A DNA stretch of 64,000 nt from an uncultured Planctomycetota bacterium (GCA_963845755.1 CAWJTV010000019.1:352001-416000), one strand, 5' to 3'; positions 20,997-32,318 are shown, counted from the first letter of the stretch. Numbers and translations are program-made. Notes: a model not told the origin generated them from the letters alone.

Positions 20997-21599
20997 TCAA
21001 GATTCGCTCGCCGATGTACCCGGTTTCTTCCCAGGCGATCGTGTGACACCTTTCCCATACACCTGAACTGGCGCCGCCTTCCAGATCAAGAATGGCTCTG
21101 ATCTCGCGATCGGTTTCGAACCGTGTCCGTGCGGGGCCTTGGGCTTCTGTCTCTTCGAGGGCTTGGGCTTGGGGTGTGGCTTGGGCCTGGGCTTCTGGTG
21201 TTTGGTCTTATGCCCGCCCTTGGTTCCGTCGGGCGTGGAGCGAGAGACGACGAGCTGGAGGATCTCGTATGTGCCGCCGACCCCCGGCCCATGCTCACCG
21301 GGGGCCTCCGTGATCCAGAGGTTGCCGTCGGACCCGGCCGTGATTCCGAGGGTGGTCAGTTGCGTGTCCTTGCGGTCGTTCACATGGAGCTGGGTCGTGA
21401 ACTTGCTGAACGTACCCGATCGAGTGACGCGTTCGACGTAGGCCGGTATGAACGCCGTCCTCTGCGTGGCGGTGAACTTGGCCAGCGCCTCATACAGATC
21501 CAGCAAATCGTCTCCGAGAGGGGACGCGACCAGGTCGTCGTCGCGCAGCTCGCGGCGGGCACGTCCCTGGCCGATGCCTGCCCAACCGATCCCGCTCAA
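20997..21599 (-). pseudogene. Chimeric remnant: ECF-like piece, Vgb-like beta-propeller repeat and PK-rich tail
   Basis: GDDLLDLYEALAKF (ECF-like), LGITAGSDGNLWITE (Vgb/NHL-like), KPRPKPHPKPKP. Confidence 0.4.
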
Positions 21600-22960
21600 A
21601 CCGCGTCGCTCTTCGACGTGAACAGGAAATCGCGGGCCCGGATCGCGGGGACGATCATCGAGGAGAACTCGTTGCCGCCGGCGCGGACGGCGCGGCTCGT
21701 CGCCTCGAGGTTCTTCAAGAGGTTCACCGGGCTGTCGTTGAACCGGAAGTTATTCACTGGGTGGACGACCTTACCCTTCTCGACCAGCCAGACTCCGTCA
21801 CGGGTGAGCCCGGTGACGGTGGCGTTGAGGGGGTTGACCATCCGGATGTACCAGAACCGGCTGACGAGCAGGGCGCGCTCGGTGTCGGCGATGAGGGCGT
21901 CGAGCGTCTTGTCGGAGCCCTCGAGGATCAGGCCGCCGGAGAACGGAACGGGCTCGACCCCGGTCTTCTTGGCCCAGTAACGGTGAACGGGAAGAGTGCG
22001 GACGACGCCGTTTTCGATCCAGGTGGCCCGACGGGCGGGGAGGCCGGGGGGATCGCCGAACCTGCCGGCGTACCGGCCGGCGAAGCCGGCCCATGGGGTG
22101 CCGGGGCTGCGGCGGTCGAACGGGTCGGAGAGCAGGGTCACGCCGTCGGCGAAGACCTTCTCGCCGAGGCGGCTGCCGCCACCGGGCTTCGAGAGGAAGC
22201 TCCGCCCCTCGTCAACCGAGCGGGCGTTCATCGAGAACACCAGCCACATCAGCAGATCGGCGACAGCCTCCGGCTCGAGAATCACGGGGTATCGGCCGGG
22301 CGGCAGGTCGCGCGGGTGCGCCGAGGTCTCAGCCTTGGCCGCGGCGCGTTCGGCCAGCACGGCCGCGTCGACGTCCGCCACCCGCGGCGAGGCGAAGCCC
22401 GCGTAGCCCGAGCCGGTGCCATCGGCCGTGCGCATCGTGGTCGTATAGGCGGCGAAGGTCGAGCGGTGGAAGCCGAAGTTCCCCTTCTTGTTGGCGATCG
22501 CGGCACAGGTCGCCGAGGTCTCGAAGAATCCGGCGCCGTTGAGCCCGCGGGCGCGGGCGCGGTCCAGCGCCGGCCGGACTCCGTCGCGGCGGCGGGCCGG
22601 TCCGGCCGTGGCCGTGGCCTCGTCGTAGGCTGGGATCGCGCGATAGTCCTGCCGCCCCAGGCCCTCGACCTGCTCCGGATCGGGCCGCGCCGCGGCCATC
22701 AGGGCCTCGCTCCGCACTACCGCCTCGCGGAGCAGCGAGTCGTCGAGTTCGCCGGTGGTCGACGAGCCGCTCCGACCCCCCTCGCGGCTGGTGATCTGCA
22801 CTTCGACGGTCCGCGCCGTTCCGGAGGTCGTGACCTCGTTAGCGGCGAACCTCGTGTGCCCCTCCTCCGCCAGCCGGAGCGAGACCTCGCACTCGGGGGC
22901 CTTCGAAAACGACAGGATGCGGTCGGTCAACGCCCGCGCCTTCTCATTGGTCCAGGTCAT
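21596..22960 (-). CDS. tldE: TldE/PmbA-family protein
   Basis: TRFAANEVTTSG, PGRYPVILEP, TGLTRDG, NFRFNDSP; no HExxxH motif. Confidence 0.85.
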   Translation of the reverse strand: MTWTNEKARALTDRILSFSKAPECEVSLRLAEEGHTRFAANEVTTSGTARTVEVQITSREGGRSGSSTTGELDDSLLREAVVRSEALMAAARPDPEQVEGLGRQDYRAIPAYDEATATAGPARRRDGVRPALDRARARGLNGAGFFETSATCAAIANKKGNFGFHRSTFAAYTTTMRTADGTGSGYAGFASPRVADVDAAVLAERAAAKAETSAHPRDLPPGRYPVILEPEAVADLLMWLVFSMNARSVDEGRSFLSKPGGGSRLGEKVFADGVTLLSDPFDRRSPGTPWAGFAGRYAGRFGDPPGLPARRATWIENGVVRTLPVHRYWAKKTGVEPVPFSGGLILEGSDKTLDALIADTERALLVSRFWYIRMVNPLNATVTGLTRDGVWLVEKGKVVHPVNNFRFNDSPVNLLKNLEATSRAVRAGGNEFSSMIVPAIRARDFLFTSKSDAV

Positions 22961-22961
22961 C

Positions 22962-24555
22962 TCAGGCTGTCCTCAGTATGTTGATCTGTCGGAACCGCGC
23001 CGGTGCACACCCGTGGCTCATCGCGTTGATCTGGGGAGGCTGGCCCTTGCCGTCGCGGTCGAGCCCCACGTTCTCCCACAGCGTCTGGCCGCCGATGCCG
23101 TCGCACGACGCCCAGAAGTCCGGCGTGCGGCTCTGATAGGCCACGTCGGCGATCATCCCCCGCACCTTGCCCCCCTTGATCTCCCAGAACGCGTCGCCAC
23201 CGAACTGGAAGTTGTACCGCTGCTGGTCGATCGACCACGAGCCCCGGCCATCGATCAGGATGCCGTCCTCGACGCCCGAGACCAGGTCGTCGAGCGTCAC
23301 GGGCTTCTCCGATGGCTCGAGCCAGACGTTCGGCATCCGCTGGAAGGGCACCGAGGCGTACGAGTCGGCGTAGCAGCAGCCCATCGACTCGGCCTGGCCG
23401 ATCAGGTGCGCCTGGTCGCGAATCGTCTGGTACCCCACGAAGATCCCGGCCTTGATGATCGGGAACTGGCGGGTCTTCACGCCGTCATCGTCGTATCCGC
23501 AAGTCGAGAGGCTCTCGGGCCGGGTGCGGTCGCCGTTGAAGTTGACGATGTCGGACCCGACGCGGAACTTGCCGAGCTTGTCCGTCGTCAGGAATGATGT
23601 GCCGGCGTAGTTGGCCTCGTAGCCGAGCGCCCGGTCGAGCTCGGTGGAGTGGCCGATCGACTCGTGGATTGTTAGCGAGAGGTGGGTCGGCAGCAGGACG
23701 AGGTCCTTGACGCCGGGCGAGACCGAAGGCGCCTTCAAGTGCGCGACGGCCTCCTCGCCGATCCTGCGGCGCGGCCGATCATGTCGGCCCGCTCGACCAC
23801 CTCGTAGCCGGCGCAGACCGAGTGGGCGCGTAGTATCGCGACTTGATCTTACGGCCGGCCTCGACGGCGTTCGCGGTGATGTACGGCGAGATCTGGTAGA
23901 TGTGCTGCTCGATGACGCTCCCCTCGGTCGAGGCGAAGAAGCGGTCCTCGAGGCGGGCATCGATCCACCCCATGACCGAGAAGACGCCGGCAACCGACCG
24001 CGCATTCTCGGCGGCGGCGCGGAGCAGCTCGAGCTTCTGCTCGATCGGGACGGAGAAGGGGTCGGTGACGACCTTCGTCCGGTAGGTGTCGCGATAGGAT
24101 GGCGTGGCGGCCAGCTCGATCGGCCGGCGGCGCAGCGGGGCATTGGCGCGAGCGATCTCGACGGCCTCGGCCGCCGCGCGGGCGATGGCGTCGCGCGTGA
24201 CCTCGTAGGACGCCGAGAAGCCCCAGGCGCCGTCGGCCAGCACGCGGAGGCCGAAGCCGAACGAGCCGTCGTCCGAGACGGTCGGGACCTCGACCGGCTT
24301 GCCCGTGGCGCGGTCGGCCTGGACCCGGAGGCGGACCGACTGTTCGCGGTAGCGATTGATGCGGATGTCGGCATAGGACGCGCCGGCGGCCCTGGCCCGC
24401 TCCATGGCGAACGCCGTCAACTCGGCCAGCCGGTCGGGGTCGAACGCCGCGGCCAGGGCGCCGGCCCTCGCCGACTCCCAGCCGCCGGCGCCCAGCGCCG
24501 TCCAGGCCGCCGCACCCGCACCGCAACGGCCCAAGAACGCCCGTCGAGACTCCAT
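22962..24555 (-). CDS. tldD: TldD-family metalloprotease with Tat signal peptide (frameshifts near 23780-23820)
   Basis: SRRAFL twin-arginine motif, YADIRI, GFGLRVLADGAWGF, HESIGH metal motif, QRMPNV. Confidence 0.85.
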
Positions 24556-24703
24556 CACGGTCACCTCCTTCGCGCAGAAGAAAGTCGGTCAGGCTTTCCA
24601 GCTTGGCGGGATCTGATCCAGGATCATGCCCGTCACCGGCTCTTGTCCGAATCAGGCCCACCTGCGCTCGAGCCGAGTTGGACAATCACCCGATGTCGTC
24701 CCG

Positions 24704-27700
24704 TCAAATCCCGGAGCTTGCGATCGCGGACTTGGTCAATTTGGGCGCACTCATGGTGCTGGCCAGGTAGTCAGGATCGCCACTGTACACGATCGTCAGC
24801 GGCTTTTTCAACATCTGGTTGGATTTGAATGTCAACGTGGCCTCGCCGTCACTCAACTCCGCGGTCCCGAGCGTCTTCACCGTGACCTTCTTTCCGTGCT
24901 TCTTGACGAACTCGAAGGTGACCTGCCCCGTAGGCACCATCCCGCCGGGGACCACCGGCTCGATCTCTGCCGTCAGGACAAACCTCTTGAGCGTCTTCTT
25001 CCCCTTGAGGACCACGGGTGGCACCAGGACGATCCCGGTGGCCGCCTGGCTGACCGACTCGGCCGCCGTGCTCGACTTCACATCGAGGAAGTCGGTGCTG
25101 CCGTTGTAGGTCGCCGTGATCGCGTGCGAGCCCAGGCTCAAGGTGGAGATCGTCACCGCAGCCTGGCCGGAGCCGTCCAGCGGGACGGTGGCCAGCGGAG
25201 TGGCGCCGTCGGCGAAGGTGACCGTCCCGACCGGCGCGCCGCCGGCGGAGTTCACCGTCGCGACGAAGGTGACGGCCTGTCCGTAGACGGGTGAGCTGAT
25301 CGGAGACGTCAGCAGGATCGTCGCAGCGGCCGGCGCGATCACGAAGGCGGCGGACTCCGAGTGGGCCGCGGCGTAATCGGCGCTGCCCGGGAAGCGGGCC
25401 ACGACGGTGTAGGTCGCGGCGGCGGAAGGCGCCGCCGAGCCAAGGTCCGTGCCCGAAGTGCCGGTTCCGGCGTAATACGTCAGGGTCGGCATGACGCCTT
25501 CCAGGCTCCGGGCCGCCGGGCCATTGACACCCGTCACGCTGGCCGTTGCCGCGATCGGCGAGCCGGCGTAGGTCCCGCCCGGGTCGCTGACGGTCACTGC
25601 GGGCGTGGCCGGGGTGATGCCCAGGGAACTGCTGGTGAAGTGGATCGTGTAGTTGCTGTCGGCCGTGAGAGTTCCCTGGCCGATCGCGTAGGGACTGTCC
25701 GAGACCGTCTCGCCGGCCGCCCGCGCCAGCGAGCCGGTGAGGACCGTCGCGGCGGTATCCGAGAACTGGAAGCCGCTGGAAGTATAGCCCAACGTCGGGT
25801 CCGGCGAGCCGAAGACCTTGGTCTCGGGACCGGCCACGATCGTTAGCGTCGCTGGGGTGATGGTCAGGGTGTTGCCGGTGAAGGTCATCGTGTAGTTGCT
25901 GGCCGCGAGCGTCCCCTGGGTGATCGCGTAGGGGCCGCCGGATACCGTCTCGCCGGCCGCCCGTGCCAGGTGGCCCGTCAGCGCCGATGCGGCGGTGTCG
26001 TCGATTGTCACCCCATCGACCGTCGTGTTGATGAGGCCGGACACGGTGTCGGTCAGGCTGGGGTCGGCCGCGCCGTAGACCTCGGTCTGGGAATCAGCCG
26101 TGACCGTCAAGGGCGCCGGGGTGACGGCCAGCCTGCTGCCCGTGAAGGCGATCGTGTAGTTGCTGTTCGCCGCGAGCGTGCCCTGGGCGATCGCGTAATC
26201 GCCCACCTGCTCTCCGGCCAGCGTGCCCGACTGGGCCCGGGCGAGCGCACCGGTCAACACAGTCGCAGCGGTATCGTCGATCGCCACTCCGTCCACCGAG
26301 GTATCAATCAAGCCGGTTGCTGAGTCGGTCAATCTCGGGTCCTCAGTGCCGTAGACCTTGGTCTGGGGATTGGCGGTGACCGTCAAGGTCGCGGGGTTGA
26401 TCGTCAGCGTGCTGCCGGTGAACGCGATCGTGTAATTGCTGTCGGCGGCGAGCGTGTCCTGGGTGATCGCGTAATCGCCGACCTCCTCTCCGGCCAGAGT
26501 GCCCGATTCGGCGCGGGCCAGGTTGCCGGTCAGGACCGAAGCAGCGGTGTCGGAGAACGCGAAGCCGCTGGCGGTGTAGGCCAGCGCCGGGTCGGCGGTA
26601 CCGTAGACTTTGGTCTCGGGGTTCGCCGTGATGGTGAGCGTCGCCGGAGTGATCGTCAGGCTGCTGGACATGGTGGCGGAGGCGAAGGTCCCGTCGCTGG
26701 TATAGGCATAATTGACCGTGTCGGGCGAGCCGGTGACGGTGAGGCCGTCGGCATTGAAGGTGGTGGAGAAGGCGCCGTCGGATCCGATGGTGGCCGACTG
26801 CTCGACGCCGTCGAGGGTCACGGCGATGGTCTCGCCCACCGGGGCTTGTGAGCCGTCGGCCAGCGTACCGGAAATGGTCACGCTGGAGGTGCCGTAGGTG
26901 ATGCTCGGGTCGCTGATTCCCGAGAAGGTCAGCGCGATGAGTGGGGATCCCTGGGTCTGGAAGGCACCGATGTCCGGATTGGGGGAGTCGAGCGGAAGGC
27001 CGCGCTGATCGGTGGTGATCGGCGTGGTGGTGCCCGGGTAGTCGGCGATCACACCCGCGCCGATGGCCGGGCTGCCGGGGAGCAGAGCGAGGGTCTGGGT
27101 CGGCCCGCCATTGTTGCCCAGCGGGGCCAGGCCGAGCTCCGTGAGGCTGGTCAAGACGATGTTGCCGTCGACCCCATTGGTCAGCCCCCCCGAGCCGCCG
27201 GTGCCGATCAGGTTGTCGCTGCCCGAGACGTTGGTACCAGCGATGTCGCTGGCGCCGACGGAACTGGTGTTGCCGGCGACGATGGTGTTGGTCAGGGTGG
27301 CCGGGCCGGCCGGGATGTTCCCGTAGCCGTAGTTGGCCAGACCGCCGCCGCCCCCGGGAGCGGCGGCGTTGCCGCTGACGGTGCAGTCGGTCAGGTTGGC
27401 CGTCGCGATATAATTGAACACGCCGCCGCCGAAGCCGCCGGCGTTGCCGCTGACGGTGCAGTCGGTCAGGTTGGCCGTCGCGTAACGGTTTGCAAGGCCG
27501 CCGCCGTAGCCGGCGTTGTTGCCGCTGAGGGTGCAGCCGGTGAGCGTCGCCATGCCGCCGTTTAATAGACCGCCGCCAGAGCCAGCGGTATTGCCGCTGA
27601 GGGCGCAGTCGGTCAGGTTGGCCGTGCCGCCATTCAGCACGCCGCCGCCGTCGTAGCCGGAGTTGCCGCTGAGGGCGCAGTCCGTCAGGGTCAGGTTGGC

Positions 27701-30679
27701 ATAGCCGGAATTCGACACGCCGCCGCCGCTGCCGATGGCGGAGTTGCCGCTGACGGTGCAGCCGGTCAGGGTCAGATTGGCCGTGCCGGAATTGAACACG
27801 CCGCCGCCGAAGCCGCTGAGGCCGTTGTTGTAGCCGTTGTAGGAGGGGGCGGAGTTGTCGCTGAGGGTGCAGCCGGTGAGCGTCGCCGTGCCGTAGTTCG
27901 CCAGACCGCCGCCACCGCCTTCATCGCGGCCGCCGCCGCTGGAGTTGCCGCTGAGGGTGCAGTCGGTCAGGGTCAGGTTGGCCGTGCCGGAATTGAACAC
28001 GCCGCCGCCGACGCCGCCGAAGCTGTGGAAGTAAAGGTAAGAGGCGGGGGAGGAGTTGCCGCTGAGGGTGCAGCCGGTGAGCGTCGCCGTGCCGTAGTTC
28101 GCCAGACCGCCGCCATCTCCGCCATCCCGGCCGCCCAGACCGCCGAAATATCCGCCAGCCAGGCCGCCGCCGCTGGAGTTGCCGCTGACGGTGCAGTCGG
28201 TCAGGGTGAGGTTGGCCGTGCCGGCATTGAACACGCCGCCGCCGAAGCCGCCGCTGCTCTTGGGGTAACTGTAGGAGGCGGAGGCGGAGTTGCCGCTGAG
28301 GGTGCAGCCTGTGAGCGTCGCCGTGCCGTAGTTCGCCAGGCCGCCGCCATTGTCGCCGGGGGAGACTGTGCCACCGGAGATGGTCAGGCCGGAGAGCGAG
28401 GCGGTCACACCACTGTCAACCTCAAAGACGCGACCCAACTCGCCGCCGCTGATGGTTACGCCCACGGCCGGCCCGGTGATCGTCTGCGTCCCCCCGGTGT
28501 CTGACAGCTCGAGCGGACCGCTGTTCAGTGTGATCGTCTGGGGCGTGCTGAAGACGGTCGGATCGAAGACGATCGTGTTCGCCTGGTTATCGGCGTTGGC
28601 CTGGTTGATGCAGTACCGCAAGTCGCCCGCGTCGTTGGATCCGATCCCCGCCGGGGAATCCCCCACGCTGTTGACGGTGAAGATGGTCATCGGCGAGGTG
28701 ACCGTCAGCGTGCTGGTGGTACTGGCGGAGGCGAAAGTCCCGTCGGTGGTATACGCGTACGTGATTGTGTAGGGCGAATCAGCCACGGTGAGGCCGCTGG
28801 TGTCGAAGGTCGTGGAGAAGCCACCGCCGGCGCCGATGGTGGCCGACTGCTCGACGCCGCCCAACGTCACGGCGACGGTCTCGCCCACCGGGGCCTGCGA
28901 GCCGTTGGCCAGCGTGCCGGAGATGGTCACGCTGGGGGTGCCGTAGGTGATGCTCTGGTCGCTAATCCCCGAGAAGGTCAGCGCAATGAGCGAGGACCCC
29001 TGGGTCTGGTAGGCGCCGATGTCGGGATTAGGCGTGTCGAGCGGGTAGCCGCGCTGGTCCGTGGTGATCGGAGTGGTGGTTCCCGGGTAGTCGGCGATCA
29101 CCCCCGCGCCGATGGCCGCGCTGCCGGGGAGCAGGGCCATGGTCTGCGTCGGCCCGCCGTTGTTGCCCAGTGGGGCCAGACCCAGGTTGGTGAGACTGGT
29201 CAGGACGATGTTGCCATTGACCCCATTGACCAGCCCCCCCGAGCCGCCGGTGCCGATCAGGTTGTCGCTGCCCGAGATGTCGCTACCGGCGATGTCGCTG
29301 GCGCCGGAGGGATCGGTGTTGCCGGCGACGATGGTGTCGGTCAGGTTGACCGTGCCGGCCGGGAAATAGTTCTCGAGGACGTAGTTGGCCAGACCGCCGC
29401 CGCGGCCGCTGGAGTCGTTGTCGCTGACGGTGCAGTCAGTGAGGTTGGCCTTGCCGGTAAGAATGTACACGCCGCCGCCATTGGTGGCGGAGTTGCCGCT
29501 GACGGTGCAGTCGGTCAGGTTGGCCGTGGCGAAATTGAACACGCCGCCGCCATCGCCGGCGGAGTTGCCGCTGATGGTGCAGCCGGTCATGGTCAGGTTG
29601 GCCGAGGAGACGATTATCAGGTCGAAATTGCTGCCGTTGAACACGCCGCCGCCGTCGTTGGCGGAGTTGCCGCTGAGGGTGCAGTCGTTGAGGTTGGCCG
29701 TGCCGCCGTTGGACACGCCGCCAAAGTCGTTGCCGCTGAGGGTGCAGTCGGTCAGGTTGGCCGTGCCGCCGTTGGACACGCCGCTGTCCTCGTTGCCGCT
29801 GATGGCGCAGTCGGTCAGGTTGGCCGTGCCGCCGTTGAACACGCCGCTGCCGTCGTTGCCGCTGAGGGTGCAGTCGGTCAGGTTGGCCGTGCCGGAATTG
29901 TCCACGCCGCCGAAGCTGGCAGTGTTGCCGCTGACAACGCAGTTATTCAGGTTGGCCGTGCCGTAGTTGGACACGCCGCCAGCGTAGTTGCCGGTGAAGG
30001 TGCAGTCGTTCAGGTTGGCCGTGCCGGAGTTCTGCACGCCGCCGCCCGAGCCGGCGGAGTTGCCGCTGACCGTGCAGCCGGTCATGGTCAGGTTGGCCGA
30101 GGAGGCGTTTAACACGCCGCCGCCGGTGGCGATGTTGTAGTCGCCGTAATTGCCGACTAGGCCGTAGTAGGCGGAGTTGCCGCTGACGGTGCAGTTGGTG
30201 AGCGTCACCGTGCCGTTGTTCTCCAGACCACCGCCATTGCCGGACGAGGTCGAGCCGCCGGAGATGGTCAGGCCGGAGAGCGAGGCGGTCACACCACTGT
30301 CGATCTCAAAGACGCGGCTCGTCCCGCCACCGCTGATGGTCACCCCCGCGGCCGGCCCGGTGATCGTCTGCGTCCCGCCGGTGTCTGACAGCTCGAGCTG
30401 GCCGCCGTTCAGCGTGATCGTCTGGGGCGTGCCGAACACGATCGAATCGAAGACGATCGTGTTCGCCTGGTCATCGGCGTTGGCCTGGTTGATGCAGTAC
30501 CGCAGGTCGCCCTCATCGCCGGAACCGATCCCCCCATCGCCCACGCTGTTGACGGTGAACGTGGACAGCACGACGCGGCCCTCGAGGACCTCCAGGACCG
30601 GGCGGAGGCCGAGGCGGTGATGGTGAACCGCGTGTGAGGCGAATGCGAACCGCTGAAGAAGTCTGCGACGGCTGGCCAT
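24704..30679 (-). CDS. ~1990-aa secreted adhesin-like protein: two beta-helix/choice-of-anchor-Q modules, MBG repeats, Ig-like domain
   Basis: Leader LEVLEGRVVLS, GGGVxNxGTANLTDCTxSGN repeats, LAPLGNNGGPTQT...DQRG..DIGA twice, KVYGxxDP MBG repeats. GAGGAG before ATG 30679. Confidence 0.88.
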   Translation of the reverse strand: MASRRRLLQRFAFASHAVHHHRLGLRPVLEVLEGRVVLSTFTVNSVGDGGIGSGDEGDLRYCINQANADDQANTIVFDSIVFGTPQTITLNGGQLELSDTGGTQTITGPAAGVTISGGGTSRVFEIDSGVTASLSGLTISGGSTSSGNGGGLENNGTVTLTNCTVSGNSAYYGLVGNYGDYNIATGGGVLNASSANLTMTGCTVSGNSAGSGGGVQNSGTANLNDCTFTGNYAGGVSNYGTANLNNCVVSGNTASFGGVDNSGTANLTDCTLSGNDGSGVFNGGTANLTDCAISGNEDSGVSNGGTANLTDCTLSGNDFGGVSNGGTANLNDCTLSGNSANDGGGVFNGSNFDLIIVSSANLTMTGCTISGNSAGDGGGVFNFATANLTDCTVSGNSATNGGGVYILTGKANLTDCTVSDNDSSGRGGGLANYVLENYFPAGTVNLTDTIVAGNTDPSGASDIAGSDISGSDNLIGTGGSGGLVNGVNGNIVLTSLTNLGLAPLGNNGGPTQTMALLPGSAAIGAGVIADYPGTTTPITTDQRGYPLDTPNPDIGAYQTQGSSLIALTFSGISDQSITYGTPSVTISGTLANGSQAPVGETVAVTLGGVEQSATIGAGGGFSTTFDTSGLTVADSPYTITYAYTTDGTFASASTTSTLTVTSPMTIFTVNSVGDSPAGIGSNDAGDLRYCINQANADNQANTIVFDPTVFSTPQTITLNSGPLELSDTGGTQTITGPAVGVTISGGELGRVFEVDSGVTASLSGLTISGGTVSPGDNGGGLANYGTATLTGCTLSGNSASASYSYPKSSGGFGGGVFNAGTANLTLTDCTVSGNSSGGGLAGGYFGGLGGRDGGDGGGLANYGTATLTGCTLSGNSSPASYLYFHSFGGVGGGVFNSGTANLTLTDCTLSGNSSGGGRDEGGGGGLANYGTATLTGCTLSDNSAPSYNGYNNGLSGFGGGVFNSGTANLTLTGCTVSGNSAIGSGGGVSNSGYANLTLTDCALSGNSGYDGGGVLNGGTANLTDCALSGNTAGSGGGLLNGGMATLTGCTLSGNNAGYGGGLANRYATANLTDCTVSGNAGGFGGGVFNYIATANLTDCTVSGNAAAPGGGGGLANYGYGNIPAGPATLTNTIVAGNTSSVGASDIAGTNVSGSDNLIGTGGSGGLTNGVDGNIVLTSLTELGLAPLGNNGGPTQTLALLPGSPAIGAGVIADYPGTTTPITTDQRGLPLDSPNPDIGAFQTQGSPLIALTFSGISDPSITYGTSSVTISGTLADGSQAPVGETIAVTLDGVEQSATIGSDGAFSTTFNADGLTVTGSPDTVNYAYTSDGTFASATMSSSLTITPATLTITANPETKVYGTADPALAYTASGFAFSDTAASVLTGNLARAESGTLAGEEVGDYAITQDTLAADSNYTIAFTGSTLTINPATLTVTANPQTKVYGTEDPRLTDSATGLIDTSVDGVAIDDTAATVLTGALARAQSGTLAGEQVGDYAIAQGTLAANSNYTIAFTGSRLAVTPAPLTVTADSQTEVYGAADPSLTDTVSGLINTTVDGVTIDDTAASALTGHLARAAGETVSGGPYAITQGTLAASNYTMTFTGNTLTITPATLTIVAGPETKVFGSPDPTLGYTSSGFQFSDTAATVLTGSLARAAGETVSDSPYAIGQGTLTADSNYTIHFTSSSLGITPATPAVTVSDPGGTYAGSPIAATASVTGVNGPAARSLEGVMPTLTYYAGTGTSGTDLGSAAPSAAATYTVVARFPGSADYAAAHSESAAFVIAPAAATILLTSPISSPVYGQAVTFVATVNSAGGAPVGTVTFADGATPLATVPLDGSGQAAVTISTLSLGSHAITATYNGSTDFLDVKSSTAAESVSQAATGIVLVPPVVLKGKKTLKRFVLTAEIEPVVPGGMVPTGQVTFEFVKKHGKKVTVKTLGTAELSDGEATLTFKSNQMLKKPLTIVYSGDPDYLASTMSAPKLTKSAIASSGI

Positions 30680-30917
30680 GAATGTCTCCTCCTCGAGTGG
30701 GATGCCCTGCGATTCGGTGTGATGTAATGTGATGCGATGCGATGCGATTGCCGGGACGCGGGCGCGCACTCCCGACGTCCCCGGCCCCGACAAGGGGCCG
30801 CGATCGGCCTGAGACGATGGCCGGCCATGCCCGTTACAGCTCCATGCGCCGTTGAGAACAGAATCCCCCGGAGGGATTTGACACTCCTCGCCGAACATCA
30901 CTGCGGAGGGTCGCATA

Positions 30918-31028
30918 CTCGTTCCCACGGTCCCCGTGAGAATGCCGTCTTCCACGCTCAGCGTGGTCGGCGGCGGCCCTCGGACGCAGGAGCGTCCCAG
31001 ACGGCATTCCCAAGAGCGTGGGAACGAG
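30918..31028. repeat. REP/MITE-like palindromic element
   Basis: CTCGTTCCCACG...CGTGGGAACGAG terminal inverted repeat with internal GAATGCCGTCT/AGACGGCATTC arms. Confidence 0.75.
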
Positions 31029-31330
31029 GTTACTGATCGCTGCGCAAAGAAAGTTACTCTCGGCGAACGCTTCGCCCTACGCTTTCCAGGGAAAATCCGG
31101 CCTAGCTCAAATCTCGCCATCCGGAAACCGAGCATGTGATGGGGAGACGCGATCGCGACGGACCTTTGCCCCGAAGGGGCCAAACAGATCAGCCCGGGGC
31201 ATCGCCCCGGGACCGCGTCGGCTACCCCAACGAAAGCCCTGAAAGGGCGACACAACACGAGGCGGGACGGGTTCCGTGTCCCGCCCTTTCAGGGCTCCTT
31301 TGAAGGAGGGGCCTCGGTTCCCGGGGCGTT

Positions 31331-32318
31331 CAACTTATTCCATTTGGAACGTAAGTCCTTGTCGATTCACGATCCGCACAGCATTGATCAGCAGTTTGGC
31401 CCAGACCCAACGCCACACCCGCCACGACCGGCGCACCCAGGCCGGCAGCGGACCCAGGCCGCCACCGAAGGAGGTCGCCTGGCCGAAGGATCGCTCGATC
31501 GCGCCGCGCATCGCGTAGAGGCTCTTCCCGAAATCTCCCTGCAACAGCTCGATGCAGCGGAGGCGGTACGGGCTTTGGCGGCGGTGTCCCAGTCCGGCCT
31601 TGGGGTCCTCGCCGGGGCTACCAACTGGTAGCCCGCGGCGCCCGCCGCGTCGAAGACCGGGTTGGCGTCGTACTCGCCATCGCCCAGCACGTAGCCACCG
31701 CCGCCGCAGTCGGCCAATTCCGGCAGCAACTGCTCGGCGGCCTTGGTCTCGGCGACATTCAGCGGTGTGATCGAACACACCTCGGGCATCGGACGGTTGC
31801 TCCAGACGGCGTGCAATTTGTAGCCCTTGGCGATCTTGCCGGCGCCGTGGCCATTGCGGGCATCCGGATCGTGACTGGCACCACCAACCGGCAAGGGCTT
31901 ACCGTCGAGGATCTGTACCAACCGCGGGGGGACTACATCGCGGAGCCGCGTCGCCAAAGTCCGCATGAGGACGCCCACGGCCAAGCTCCGGAGTCGTCGG
32001 CTCAGAGTCGAGGGCGCGGGCAAACGACCCGGCTGGAGCGTCGTGGTCTTCCAGTGCCGAGGATCACAAGCCCAGCAGGCCGGTCGATCGTGAAGGGCGG
32101 CCCACAGGTGGACCAGGACCAAGATGTGGGGCTGGTAGGAGACGTTGACCTGGCGGATCGAGCCACCCACCGCCATGACGAGGTGATACAGTTGCGGCCA
32201 GAGTTCCAGTTCCATAGTTGCCCTCCTCTGAGGATTGTCTCTACTTCCATACATAGATACGATCCTGGGAGGGAAATTGTTCTGACATAAAGACTTGCGA
32301 CCTAAATGGAATAAGTTG
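31331..32318 (-). mobile_element. 988-bp insertion sequence (DDE, IS5/IS4/IS982-like) with 3-bp target duplication GTT
   Basis: Perfect 15-bp terminal inverted repeats CAACTTATTCCATTT extending imperfectly to ~30 bp; GTT on both flanks. Confidence 0.9.
31335..32215 (-). CDS. tnp: DDE transposase (frameshift near 31610)
   Basis: PSTLSRRLR, ILDGKPL, DPDAR, GYKLHAV, LGDGEYD, YAMRGAIERSFG; stop codon lies inside the left inverted repeat. Confidence 0.88.

Noticed and set aside
27300..30250. Regularly spaced DNA repeats resembling a CRISPR array
   Set aside because: They are in-frame coding repeats of the beta-helix protein, and no cas genes are present
30680..31258. N-terminal extension of the 2184-aa ORF
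   Set aside because: It reads through REP elements. The RBS and secretion leader place the start at 30679. Similar extensions of ORFs ending at 6410, 12060 and 33829 or starting at 16037 were trimmed.
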